Shown: positions 34,522-44,446 of the stretch, piece by piece | Layout: each line of letters opens with the position of its first letter | Position numbering within the stretch: position 1 is the stretch's first letter | From: an uncultured delta proteobacterium | GTDB taxonomy: Bacteria > Desulfobacterota > Binatia > UBA9968 | Length of the DNA stretch: 64,000 bases | Assembly (NCBI GenBank): GCA_963771465.1 | Contig: CAVYTU010000014.1 | Span: forward strand, 480,001 to 544,000 | Direction: 5' to 3' | Position numbers and translations under genes: made by a program | Notes under the pieces: model-generated | The model's database searches: none | What the model was told of the DNA's origin: nothing | Seen by the model: the letters and a program-made list of their open reading frames with translations, nothing else

Positions 34522-35589
34522 CTATCGACTCCACAACTCTTTCTGAAAGCCGCTCTTCTCCAAGTTATGCACGAAAGTGTTATCGTAGATCTCCTCCGTC
34601 TTGCGTTTGATCGGTGTTCCCAGCGAGCGCAGGAGATCCATCGAATCGCTCACTGCCTGACCCGGCACAATCATGCGCCGATCGACGATATCTTTGGTGT
34701 AAACGTTGTACGACACCTGGAGTGCTTCTTCGTCCTTGGTGCGCATGATTTTCGCGATCGCCGATTTGGTCTTGCCTGGGTTTTTATCGACGAAGTGAAT
34801 CGCTTCGGCAAACGCCGCGACCATGCGTTGCACCATCTCCGGCCGTTCACGCACGGTGCGCGAGGTTGCGTGCAGCGAGCTGTAGATAAATGGAATGTCG
34901 AGGTCGATCAGTCGATACGTCACATTATAGCCGTCGTTCTTGGCGCGCACATCGATGGGCGGTGTAACGACGACTCCCTGAACCAGATTGGCCACCATCG
35001 CCTGATAGCGCTCGTTTTGGCTGCCGCCGATGGGACGCATGGTGACGTCCGGCACGTTGAATTTTTTCACCATCGCTCGCGATAACCGGTCGCTCAGATC
35101 ACCGGCGCGCGCTACGCCGAGCGCTTTGCCTTTTAAATCTTCCATGCGGCGAATTTCTTTGCGCGTTACCAGCACGTAAGGCAATTTGACCAGCGGCGCG
35201 GCGACCAGTTTCACGTCGACACCCGCGGCCAAAGACGGCAACGTCGCGTCCGCCGCGCAATAGAGAAATTGAATTTCATCAGCTAATAGCGCAGCCAATG
35301 CCGGACCGCTGCCGCGGATAAACACATGCTCCATCTTAAAACCGTATTTGTCGAATAACCTGTTCTCCAGCGCGGTGTAGAGATGCGCGAAGCCGCCGGA
35401 GACCGCGCAGGTAGCGATGCGGATGCTCACCGGTCGTTCACCCTGCCGTGCCAAGTACGGATTAAACTGCGCGGTAGCCGCACTGCTGAAAATCGTGATC
35501 AGCGCTGACAGCATTATCAGAAAACACTCCGCACTCCGGCGACCCATCGCCCAATGAAAGCGCTTTAGCTCATCAACCGACACACTCAT
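34522..35589 (-). CDS. ABC transporter substrate-binding protein (NMT1/SsuA-like)
   Basis: Signal-like segment; DLKGKALGV and YDNTFV-type motifs. Confidence 0.85.
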   Translation of the reverse strand: MSVSVDELKRFHWAMGRRSAECFLIMLSALITIFSSAATAQFNPYLARQGERPVSIRIATCAVSGGFAHLYTALENRLFDKYGFKMEHVFIRGSGPALAALLADEIQFLYCAADATLPSLAAGVDVKLVAAPLVKLPYVLVTRKEIRRMEDLKGKALGVARAGDLSDRLSRAMVKKFNVPDVTMRPIGGSQNERYQAMVANLVQGVVVTPPIDVRAKNDGYNVTYRLIDLDIPFIYSSLHATSRTVRERPEMVQRMVAAFAEAIHFVDKNPGKTKSAIAKIMRTKDEEALQVSYNVYTKDIVDRRMIVPGQAVSDSMDLLRSLGTPIKRKTEEIYDNTFVHNLEKSGFQKELWSR

Positions 35590-36124
35590 CGCTGGATTCT
35601 CCTCATTCTCTTCCTCCGCTTTCGGCAGGGGCGGATATTAGACGATTTTACTGGTCCACTCAATCATATAACACGAGTTTTTTGGCGGATCGTTGAGGCA
35701 AATTGTGGGGCGGCAGCTCAGGGGATTTCAAGCCGCAAAGCGGAAATGCCCGATGTCTCCGCCATTGACGACAAAATATTTACTTTCCAGAGTTCTGCCG
35801 CTGCATGTCCAATGTAAGCGAACTAGCTAGCGGTAAAGCGCCGCGAAAAATTCCGCCTAACTAACCGGACATAGACATACTAGGAGGATAAAGAGCGCAG
35901 TCCTCGGTATCTGAGGGCTGCGCATCGATGGATTGAACTCGGCGGACTCGGCAATCAATGGCAGCGACTTGATGGGCCAACTAAAAACCCACGTGGATTG
36001 CTCGCCAGGCAGGATGGCGATTGCCTGCTCAGAGACAGCGACGTCGTCTTTACTAAGGAGAGGACAGCGCCGCGCTCGCTGATTCTATTTCTTCAATGGC
36101 AATCCGGCTTTAATGCGGATAATG

Positions 36125-37603
36125 CTATCGCTTGAGCGCGAGGAACAAACTATTCTGGCCGCGCCGAACTAGAAATAGCACCGACTTGGCTTTTTCGTTG
36201 CGCGCCAGTTCGCGTTTATAGTCGGCTAAATTCTTTACCGGCTGACGATTGATCTCGGTGATCACATCGCCGGATCGCAATCCCGCTTCTTCGGCGTTGC
36301 TGCCCGGCGTTACCGCCGAAATCACCAGTCCTTCGCCGCGTTCGATGCCGAGATTTTCTGCGAGTTGCGGCGTCAGTGGCTGCACGGTCAAACCGAGTTC
36401 GCCGGCTTGGGTCGTTGTCGCGACTTCGGCTTCCTTCATTTCGCCGACGATGATGGGTAACGACATCTCTTTACCGTCACGGGCGATCTTTAGTTGCACT
36501 GACGTTCCAGGCGTCACGCGCGCCACCGCCGACGGCAGGTCGGCAGAGTCTTTGATCGGCTTACGGTCGAACTCGACGATCACATCGCCCGTTTTTACTC
36601 CAGCGCGCTCCGCCGGTCCGCCCTTCACCATGTCGGCCACCAACGCGCCGCGCGCGGTATTTAACCCGAGTGAGTCGGCGATTTCGGGCGAGACTCTTTG
36701 TACTGATGTGCCGATGAAGCCGCGCACGACCTTGCCCTTGTCGCGCAATTGCGGCAAAAGCTCTTTTACCGAATTCGACGGGATCGCAAAGCCAATGCCA
36801 ACGTTGCCGCCGGACTGGCTAAAGATCGCCGTATTGATGCCGATCACTTCGCCGCGCAAATTGATCAGCGGTCCGCCCGAGTTACCTGGGTTGATCGAAG
36901 CGTCGGTCTGAATAAAGTTGTCATAAGGACCCTGGCCGATATTTCGCCCCTTGGCGCTGATGATACCGGAGGTTACCGTGTGATCGAGACCAAACGGATT
37001 GCCGATCGCCATCACCCATTCGCCAACTTCGAGCCGGTCCGAGTCACCCAGAGATACCGCGGGCAGTTCGCGTCCAGCCTCGATTTTGACCACCGCAATG
37101 TCGCTCTTCTGATCCTTGCCGATCACTTTCGCTTCATAGTCTTTGCCATCGGCGAGTTTGACGACAAGTTTTTGCGAACCGTCGACGACGTGATAGTTGG
37201 TCAAGATCGTGCCATTGCTCTCGACAATAAAGCCGGAGCCGATGCCGCTCTGGCGCTGTGGCCCACGCGGACCACGCCCGCCAAAAAATCGCTGCCAAAA
37301 CTCGTCCGCTGGGTTGTTACCGCCGAATGGAGATTGTTCTTCCTGCGCTGTGCCGCGAATTCGCGTGGTCGAAACATTGACCACCGAAGGTCCGAGCTTT
37401 TTCGCTAAGGCGATAAAATCCGGCAGGCTCTGTACAGCAGCGCTCGGTGTCGAGCTGCTCGCCGCGTGCACCGGCTCCACACCCGAGTGAAAGCGCTCGA
37501 TGACTCCGCTAATACCCGCACCGGCCAGCAATGATACAACGCTGGCCACTGCGATGGATTTCACTCTCAATTTACGTATTGCTTGGAAAAGCTGGCAGTC
37601 CAT
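36125..37603 (-). CDS. degQ: Do/DegQ family serine endoprotease with two PDZ domains
   Basis: GSGFI, TNYHVV, DIAV, IQTDASINPGNSGGPL and two PDZ domains. Confidence 0.93.
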   Translation of the reverse strand: MDCQLFQAIRKLRVKSIAVASVVSLLAGAGISGVIERFHSGVEPVHAASSSTPSAAVQSLPDFIALAKKLGPSVVNVSTTRIRGTAQEEQSPFGGNNPADEFWQRFFGGRGPRGPQRQSGIGSGFIVESNGTILTNYHVVDGSQKLVVKLADGKDYEAKVIGKDQKSDIAVVKIEAGRELPAVSLGDSDRLEVGEWVMAIGNPFGLDHTVTSGIISAKGRNIGQGPYDNFIQTDASINPGNSGGPLINLRGEVIGINTAIFSQSGGNVGIGFAIPSNSVKELLPQLRDKGKVVRGFIGTSVQRVSPEIADSLGLNTARGALVADMVKGGPAERAGVKTGDVIVEFDRKPIKDSADLPSAVARVTPGTSVQLKIARDGKEMSLPIIVGEMKEAEVATTTQAGELGLTVQPLTPQLAENLGIERGEGLVISAVTPGSNAEEAGLRSGDVITEINRQPVKNLADYKRELARNEKAKSVLFLVRRGQNSLFLALKR

Positions 37604-37699
37604 GAATTACCCTCCACCCACGTTAGACGGCATCGCCACGCAATTCGTTCGCGGTCAAGCCAACGAAGCGCGCAGATGTGCCGCCCGCAGAGGTCCTGG

Positions 37700-38152
37700 T
37701 TAGCCTGCCAGCTGGCTGGAATGCTCTTTGCCAGGGCGAGCCAGCGTGGTTTCTTTCCAACGCTGGAGCCCGGCGCGCATATAATTGGGGTCGTAGCCGA
37801 GCGCCTCGCAAAGATTGTCGAACGAGAACATATACGAACGATCTCGATCGAGAATCCATTGCTCGGCTTCCACGTGTAGCAATCGTTTGGGTTTATGACG
37901 CGCGCCGATATGATCTTGATAGCAGCTCACCGCATCGCGCAGCACCGCTAGCATGAGCACCCGTTCCGGGTCCATGGGAAGCTGGCGGGTTTGTGTCGAG
38001 AGATACTGACTTTCGATCAGGACGTCAGGTTGAAAAATCGCCAGCGCTTTTTCTTCCATCGGCGCCCGCGGCGGATTGACCGCTTTGGTCCAGAAAGGTT
38101 GCCGTTCACGGTGATCTATCGGCTTCGAACTTTTCCCCTTTTTTCTACTCAC
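37700..38152 (-). CDS. Conserved hypothetical protein (paralog of 28086-28463)
   Basis: GTG start after a G-rich RBS; motifs QPDVL, RVLMLAVLRDAVSC, FSFDNLCEALGYDPNYMR. Confidence 0.75.
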   Translation of the reverse strand: MSRKKGKSSKPIDHRERQPFWTKAVNPPRAPMEEKALAIFQPDVLIESQYLSTQTRQLPMDPERVLMLAVLRDAVSCYQDHIGARHKPKRLLHVEAEQWILDRDRSYMFSFDNLCEALGYDPNYMRAGLQRWKETTLARPGKEHSSQLAG

Positions 38153-38479
38153 AATACACCCCCTAGAGAACTTAGACGGACCAAGTGGCAGCAATGTTCC
38201 AAATATTTCCTTACGTAACCGGCTGATGAGGATGGCAGAGCGCAAAAACAGTCAGATTAATCGCGACATCACGCCGCTGACACAAAGTGTTATCAAGCCG
38301 AAAATCACTTCCAGTCCGACGTTTAGCCCGGCACCGAGCCGCAATGGGCGCCGACGAACCCACCGGGCACCAGAGAAGTGACATAGTGACCACCCCCGGT
38401 CTCGCTATTTCGCATCGCTATGCTCATTCCGTTCCCGATCCCGTTGACCGCATCGAGCAAGATGGTAAAGTAGCTGCCC

Positions 38480-39658
38480 ATGCCTTTAGCGACTATCGAA
38501 GAAGCGATCGAAGACTATCGTCGCGGCAAAATAGTCATCCTGATGGATGACAAGGATCGCGAGAATGAAGGCGACCTGTGCATGGCTGCCGAGAAAGTCA
38601 CGCCACAAGCGATCAACTTCATGGCGACCCATGGCCGCGGGCTGATCTGCTTACCGCTAACCGAAGAGCGGGTGCGTCACCTGGGCATCGCCATGATGGT
38701 GTCGGAAAATACTTCGCCATTTGGCACTGCCTTCACGGTTTCCATTGACGCCGCTCGCGGCATCACCACCGGAATCTCCGCGGCCGATCGGGCCAAGACG
38801 ATTCTTGATGCCATCGCTGACGACGCCAAACCATCGGACCTAGTCACGCCCGGCCATATTTTTCCCCTCCGTGCCCGCGACGGCGGCGTCTTAGTCAGAG
38901 CCGGCCAAACCGAAGGATCGGTCGACCTCGCGCGCCTCGCCGGGCTTAAGCCGGCAGGCGTTATCTGTGAGATCATGAAAGACGACGGCACCATGGCGCG
39001 TCAGCCGGATCTCATGCGCTTCGCCAAGAAGCATAAGCTCAAAGTCGTCACCAATGCCGATCTGATTCAGTATCGCTTGAACTACGATTCACTCGTATAC
39101 AAAGCCGCCAGCGCACCGCTGCCGACCCGTGTGGGCGGTGAGTTTCAAGCCATCGTCTATAACACCCACGTTGACGACAACGAGCATCTTGCCTTGATCA
39201 AAGGCACCATTTCGCCGAAGGAAGAAACCTTGGTGCGGGTTCACACCAAATACGTGCCCGGCGATGTTTTCGGCTTTGAGCTGCTCAACACCGGCGCGGT
39301 CATTCAGCGCTCCATGGAGATCATCGCCAAGGCAGGCAAAGGTGTCATCTTATATTTGCAGCCGAAGCAAAAAGCGCATCATCCGACGATGATGGCCTAC
39401 CCGAAAGTCGAAGGTAAACAGCAAAAATCCATGAACCGTTCCTTTGTCTACCAGGCGGACTTCAAGGAATATGGCATCGGCGCACAAATTCTGCGCGATC
39501 TCGGCGTGCGTAAAATGCGCTTGTTAACCAATAACAAGAAGCATCTGGTCGGCCTGCGCGGCTACGGCCTAGAAGTCACTTCGCTGGTACCGATTCCGCG
39601 CGATAATCTGCTGCGCGAAGCCGCCAAGCTGGCTAAACCCAAAGCCAAACGCGCCTAG
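38480..39658 (+). CDS. ribB: DHBP synthase fused to degenerate GTP cyclohydrolase II domain (RibBX-like)
   Basis: [37 protein letters not shown]. The C-terminal domain has [12 protein letters not shown] and LLTNN but no Zn-binding cysteines. Confidence 0.92.
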   Translation: MPLATIEEAIEDYRRGKIVILMDDKDRENEGDLCMAAEKVTPQAINFMATHGRGLICLPLTEERVRHLGIAMMVSENTSPFGTAFTVSIDAARGITTGISAADRAKTILDAIADDAKPSDLVTPGHIFPLRARDGGVLVRAGQTEGSVDLARLAGLKPAGVICEIMKDDGTMARQPDLMRFAKKHKLKVVTNADLIQYRLNYDSLVYKAASAPLPTRVGGEFQAIVYNTHVDDNEHLALIKGTISPKEETLVRVHTKYVPGDVFGFELLNTGAVIQRSMEIIAKAGKGVILYLQPKQKAHHPTMMAYPKVEGKQQKSMNRSFVYQADFKEYGIGAQILRDLGVRKMRLLTNNKKHLVGLRGYGLEVTSLVPIPRDNLLREAAKLAKPKAKRA

Positions 39659-39699
39659 CCCTGCGGGATTACAATTTCAAATCGCAGATTTCAAATTGA

Positions 39700-40218
39700 T
39701 TAAGGATCTTCCGGCGGGTCCAGATAGCTCGGCAGGTCCGGGCGAATTCGTTTGAGTGCTTCGCCGATGTTAGAAAAAACTCGCTCTTCAATCAATTGAC
39801 CGTTGACCCAGTAGTCCAGTGACGGTGCGTCGACGAAGTTGATATCGATATACCGTTCACCCAGCGGTTCGCCGGTGATGATCACTCGGACGGAAAAGCC
39901 GGCGTCGATTACGATGCCTCGGGTGCCGGCAGGCAGCGGCAAAGCACTTTTGATTTTACCCAACTTATCCGGCGGGTAAGTGCCAACCTCGAGGGAGTAA
40001 TATCCCCATTCACCAGGCGCGATTGTCAGCTCTTTAAAAAACTTCTGGTTGATATCGACGAGATTTTTGGCGGCTTCATCCTGATTGTAATTCTTGAGCA
40101 GCTCATAGGCCCATTTCTCGATGATCCCTTTGACCGGCTCGGCAGACTTTTCCCGCTCCTTGACCGCTTTGCGATCAATCCACCATTTCGTTTCTTCAAA
40201 AGCTTTTTCGTCTGCCAT
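39700..40218 (-). CDS. Hypothetical protein
   Basis: 172-aa ORF with plausible composition, downstream of and co-oriented with the next gene. Confidence 0.6.
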   Translation of the reverse strand: MADEKAFEETKWWIDRKAVKEREKSAEPVKGIIEKWAYELLKNYNQDEAAKNLVDINQKFFKELTIAPGEWGYYSLEVGTYPPDKLGKIKSALPLPAGTRGIVIDAGFSVRVIITGEPLGERYIDINFVDAPSLDYWVNGQLIEERVFSNIGEALKRIRPDLPSYLDPPEDP

Positions 40219-40244
40219 GGCGATCGGCGAAGTTCGTTCTCAGG

Positions 40245-41237
40245 TTAAATCTTGAATTCCTCAAGCGTGCTCTTGGCGAATAGCGAATCGATCTCGGGCT
40301 TCTTGCTGATCAAACCTTGCTCGTGGGTGTACTGCACCAGCGTCTCCAAGATGTGTCGATTGGCGGCCAAACCGTAAGCCCATGGATCGGGGCCGAGAAC
40401 TGCGCGCTCTTTTTCCATCTCATCGATCGACCAGGCCAACATGTATTTCAGCGCCGAGAACTCATACATCGCCTCTTGGCAGATGCGCTTGGATTCTTCG
40501 AATGCCTTGAACAGGCTCTGGGCAATCCACGGATGTTTTTCGTAAACTTCTTCGCGGATGACCATGGTGTGCATGATCGGGAAAATCTTGGTCCGCTTGA
40601 AATAGTCCGCTTCCACTTCGCGAAAGTTAGCAATCAGGCGCGCGACCTTGGGGTGGCGGCGCACGAACGGCGACGGCATATGCGCCGAGATCATCGCGTC
40701 GATCTCGCCGCGTTCGAGCATGCCGGAGAGCGTCTTGTCGCCGGCAATGGCCTGGACATCGATATTGGGCGGCAATTTGTGTTGGACCTTGTCTTGGCGA
40801 CCGGGAGACTCTTCGCCGCCGGTAAACCATTTCATTTTCTCCGGCGCCACGCCGTATTCATGCTGCAAGATGCCGCGCGCCCAGGTCGCCATGGTGATTT
40901 GATATTCGGGCACGCCGACTCGTTTGCCCGCCAGGTCCGCCGGCTTTTTGATGCCGGAATCGGTGTTGATGTATATGCACGAGTGGCGAAAAGTCTTCGA
41001 TGGGAAAACTGGAATACCGATCAAGCGCGGCGCGCCTTTGTCGCGCGACATCAAAAAAGAGCCCGTCGACATTTCCGCCACGTCGAACTCGCCGTAGCGC
41101 AGCATGCGCCAAAACGTCTCCTCGACGCGCAGCGGCAAATACGTCAGATCGACGCCTTCCACTTCGACTCGGCCATCTTGCAGCGCCCGCGTCCGATCGT
41201 AATCCCAACAAGCCAATGTCAATCGGATCTTCCCCAT
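40245..41237 (-). CDS. 4,5-dihydroxyphthalate decarboxylase-like / PBP2-fold protein
   Basis: LTLACWDYDRT, FDVAEMS, PVFPS, FRHS, GVPEYQ, FPIMH motifs. Confidence 0.8.
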   Translation of the reverse strand: MGKIRLTLACWDYDRTRALQDGRVEVEGVDLTYLPLRVEETFWRMLRYGEFDVAEMSTGSFLMSRDKGAPRLIGIPVFPSKTFRHSCIYINTDSGIKKPADLAGKRVGVPEYQITMATWARGILQHEYGVAPEKMKWFTGGEESPGRQDKVQHKLPPNIDVQAIAGDKTLSGMLERGEIDAMISAHMPSPFVRRHPKVARLIANFREVEADYFKRTKIFPIMHTMVIREEVYEKHPWIAQSLFKAFEESKRICQEAMYEFSALKYMLAWSIDEMEKERAVLGPDPWAYGLAANRHILETLVQYTHEQGLISKKPEIDSLFAKSTLEEFKI

Positions 41238-41259
41238 GAATCGCTCCCCGTTTGAATTT

Positions 41260-41478
41260 CTACAATGATGAGCTCACGCCGGCGAGAAATTGGTTGGCGC
41301 TGATGACAAACTGTTCTTTATCGCCTTCCAAAACCACCGCCGCTTCGCCCGAAGCAAGCGTTGTGCGGCACTGAATTTTGTACGCTTTGCCTTTGAAAGT
41401 GACCTGCGCTCCCGGCTTGAATCGCGCCAACTGCTGGTGATCCCGTTGCGCGTCGATCTTTTCCATGGCCATTTTCAT
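41260..41478 (-). CDS. Small hypothetical protein
   Basis: 72-aa ORF filling the intergenic gap, co-oriented with the downstream gene. Confidence 0.55.
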   Translation of the reverse strand: MKMAMEKIDAQRDHQQLARFKPGAQVTFKGKAYKIQCRTTLASGEAAVVLEGDKEQFVISANQFLAGVSSSL

Positions 41479-41585
41479 AACATATCACCGAGCGAGCTTA
41501 AACCGTAAGGTGAAACAGCCAAAGAAAATGGAAATTGACTTCGACCTGACCCAAGATTACAGTCGCGCCCAATGGGAGCGAAATC

Positions 41586-42542
41586 ATGCGTATCGCGGTA
41601 ATGGGCAGCGGCGCAGTCGGCGGCTACTTCGGCGCTAAACTCGCCGCCGCCGGGCACGAAGTTGCTTTTATCGCCCGTGGCAAGCATTTGGCCGCGCTGC
41701 AAGAAAGGGGCTTGAAAATAAGTAACCCCAACGGCGATCTGAATATTCGCCAAGCGCAATTCAGCGCCGCAACCCAAGCCGTTGGCATGGTCGAACTGAT
41801 ACTTTTTTGCGTGAAATCCTATGACACGGAAACCGCGGCAGAAGCGATCAAGCCGATGGTGTCAGACAAAACGACAATTCTCTCGCTCCAAAACGGCATC
41901 GATAATCCGGCAAAACTGGCGCGATTTTACCGCGCAGACAGGATTCTTCCAGCGGTCGTTTATGTCGGCGCGCAAGTTAGCGCGCCGGGCGTGATCACCC
42001 ACTCTAACGGCGGTAGGATTATTTTGGGTCAAATGGAAGGCGCGGTCGGCGGCGCCGCAAACACTCTCGCGCAAACTTTGACCGCGGCGGGAATCCCTTG
42101 TGAAGCGAGCATAAATATTCGCAAGCTACAATGGACAAAGCTGCTGTGGAACGCGCCGTTTTGCGCCATTAGTTGCTTGGCCCGCGCGAACACGAAGCAA
42201 ATCGTCGAGTCGGAGTCGCTCACCCAGCTCGCATTGGATTGCATGGCGGAAGTGCAAGCCGCAGCGCGCACCCAAGGGGTCGAGCTTGCGCGTCAACAAT
42301 TCGACGACACCATTGAGTTCTCTAAAACCTTGGCGGATTTTAAACCGTCCATGCTACAAGACTTGGAAGCCAACAAACCGCTCGAATACCAAGCGTTTAA
42401 CGGCACCGTCGTTAAGTTGCTCGAAGCCGCCGGCGAGCCAGCGCCGATCAATAAGACTTTCTATGCTACACTCAAGTTTCTCGATGACAGAATTCGCGGG
42501 GAGGCCAATCGCAAACATCATGAAACCACTGGCAGTTATTAG
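41586..42542 (+). CDS. panE: 2-dehydropantoate 2-reductase
   Basis: MGSGAVGG, VKSYD, LQNG, WTKLLWN, SMLQD. Confidence 0.9.
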   Translation: MRIAVMGSGAVGGYFGAKLAAAGHEVAFIARGKHLAALQERGLKISNPNGDLNIRQAQFSAATQAVGMVELILFCVKSYDTETAAEAIKPMVSDKTTILSLQNGIDNPAKLARFYRADRILPAVVYVGAQVSAPGVITHSNGGRIILGQMEGAVGGAANTLAQTLTAAGIPCEASINIRKLQWTKLLWNAPFCAISCLARANTKQIVESESLTQLALDCMAEVQAAARTQGVELARQQFDDTIEFSKTLADFKPSMLQDLEANKPLEYQAFNGTVVKLLEAAGEPAPINKTFYATLKFLDDRIRGEANRKHHETTGSY

Positions 42543-43422
42543 AGTAAGCGCTCTGTTTTTGCTAAGTTCCCTTTTGCTAGTGTCCGCTCGCGCAAACGCG
42601 CAGAGCAACAACAGAGAGCTGATCGCCAAGGGCCAGTATATCTTCGCCGTCGCCGGCGGCTGCGCCTGCCATACCGAGCCGAAGAAAGAAGCGAACGTTG
42701 GCGCGCGTCCTTTTCCAATTCCTTTCGGCAAGGTCTACAGCACCAACATCACCCAAGATAAAGAAACCGGCTTGGGCGCTTGGACTGACCAGCAAATTCA
42801 AGACGCCATCGTCAAAGGCGTGCGCCGCGACGGCAGCAAACTTTTGCCGGTCATGCCCTTCGAAAAATACTCCGGCATGGCCCAAGAGGATTTAAAAGCG
42901 CTGATCGCTTATCTGCGCACGCTCAAGGCAGTAAAGAAAGCTACACCAGAGCTGCAAACCTGGGCGCCCTTCGCGCGCAGCATCGGCACACGCTTGTATC
43001 TAACGGTCTTCGGACGCCTTTCCGCTCCACCGGCGCAAGCGCCCAAGAGCGGCATCGAACGCGGCCGTTATCTCGTCGAACACGTCGCCATTTGCGGCGA
43101 TTGCCATACACCGAGAAATTTTATCGGCGCGCCCAAGCGCTCGCTCTACATGGCAGGAATGACCGAGAAGGATAGTCCCCTCAACGAAGGAGTGCCCAAC
43201 ATCACCCCCGACAAAGAGACTGGCATCAGCGATTGGAAGCGAGAAGATATCGTTGAGCTGTTGAAGTCCGGCATCAAGCCCGACCTCGACAACGTGCAAG
43301 GCCTCATGTACGAAGTGATCCAAGGCGTCGGCCACGGCTACAAAGACATGACCAAAGAAGATGCCCTGGCGATCGCCGACTACATCAAATCGATTCCGGC
43401 GATCAAAAATAAGGTGAAGTAG
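42520..43422 (+). CDS. Diheme cytochrome c (GADH-cytochrome-like)
   Basis: Signal peptide; CACH and CGDCH; NITQD/NITPD and PVMP repeats. Confidence 0.88.
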   Translation: MKPLAVIRVSALFLLSSLLLVSARANAQSNNRELIAKGQYIFAVAGGCACHTEPKKEANVGARPFPIPFGKVYSTNITQDKETGLGAWTDQQIQDAIVKGVRRDGSKLLPVMPFEKYSGMAQEDLKALIAYLRTLKAVKKATPELQTWAPFARSIGTRLYLTVFGRLSAPPAQAPKSGIERGRYLVEHVAICGDCHTPRNFIGAPKRSLYMAGMTEKDSPLNEGVPNITPDKETGISDWKREDIVELLKSGIKPDLDNVQGLMYEVIQGVGHGYKDMTKEDALAIADYIKSIPAIKNKVK

Positions 43423-43444
43423 CTTCGATCGGTCGTCGCACTCG

Positions 43445-44434
43445 CTAGGTTCGCTTTACCTGCTTGACCACCTCGGCGAGAATTTGATCTGCGCTCACGT
43501 TCTCGGCTTCGGCTTGGAAGTTGAGGATGATGCGGTGGCGCAGCGAGGGAGATACCATCTTTTCGACATCTTCATAACTCACATGCACCCGGCCTTCGGC
43601 GAGCGCGTTGCCTTTGGCGCCGAGAATGATTGATTGCGCGCCGCGCGGGCTTGACCCGAAGCGGATGAACTGCTTGACCGACGGGTTCGCTGTCCCGCCG
43701 TTGTGACCGTTCGCTTGGGTCGCGTGCACCAAGCGGACAACATAATCTTCGATCGGCGGCGCGATCATCACCTGGCGCAGAAGTTGTTTCATATCGCTGA
43801 CCAGTTTGCCGCCATCGTCTGGTAACACTTTTGCGCATTCACTAGACTCAGCCCCGGTAGTCCGTTTGAGAATCTCTCGGAGCTCATCGGGCGCCGGCGG
43901 CACCACCAAGAGCTTGAAGAAGAATCGGTCGAGCTGGGCTTCGGGCAACGGGTAAGTGCCTTCGAGCTCGATCGGATTTTGCGTGGCAAGTACCATGAAC
44001 GGCGATTCGAGTATGTGCGATTCACCGAACACAGTCACTTGCTTCTCTTCCATCGCTTCAAGCACCGCCGATTGGGTTTTTGGCGTGGCGCGATTGATCT
44101 CATCGGCCAACACGACATGAGCGAAGATCGGTCCCTGCTTGAATTGAAACTCGCGCCGGCCACTTTCGTCAGTCAGCACTTCCGTGCCGACAATATCCGA
44201 CGGCATCAGGTCCGGTGTAAATTGAATGCGCTTGAAGCTCATGCCGAGCGCACGGCTGAGCGATTTGACCAGCAATGTTTTGCCCAACCCCGGCACACCC
44301 TCTAACAAAATATGGCCGCCGGCAAAAAACGCGATCAGCACTTTTCGAATCACATCGTCATGTCCGACGATCACCTTTTGCACTTCGGCTTCGAGTCGTC
44401 TGAATGTTTGTTGAAATTGCTCCGGCTCCATCAT
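43445..44434 (-). CDS. moxR: MoxR family AAA+ ATPase
   Basis: GVPGLGKT, IQFTPDLMPSD, DEINRA, ATQNPIE, LPEAQLDRF. Confidence 0.95.
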   Translation of the reverse strand: MMEPEQFQQTFRRLEAEVQKVIVGHDDVIRKVLIAFFAGGHILLEGVPGLGKTLLVKSLSRALGMSFKRIQFTPDLMPSDIVGTEVLTDESGRREFQFKQGPIFAHVVLADEINRATPKTQSAVLEAMEEKQVTVFGESHILESPFMVLATQNPIELEGTYPLPEAQLDRFFFKLLVVPPAPDELREILKRTTGAESSECAKVLPDDGGKLVSDMKQLLRQVMIAPPIEDYVVRLVHATQANGHNGGTANPSVKQFIRFGSSPRGAQSIILGAKGNALAEGRVHVSYEDVEKMVSPSLRHRIILNFQAEAENVSADQILAEVVKQVKRT

Positions 44435-44446
44435 CTCTCTTTCCGA

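Noticed and set aside
35690-35760. GGCAAA...GCCGCAAAGC resembling a c-di-GMP-I riboswitch
   Set aside because: No GNRA-capped P2 stem or P3 consensus, and it is oriented away from the adjacent gene.
38246-38479. Possible FMN riboswitch upstream of ribB
   Set aside because: No RFN consensus; the promoter abuts the start codon, leaving no leader.
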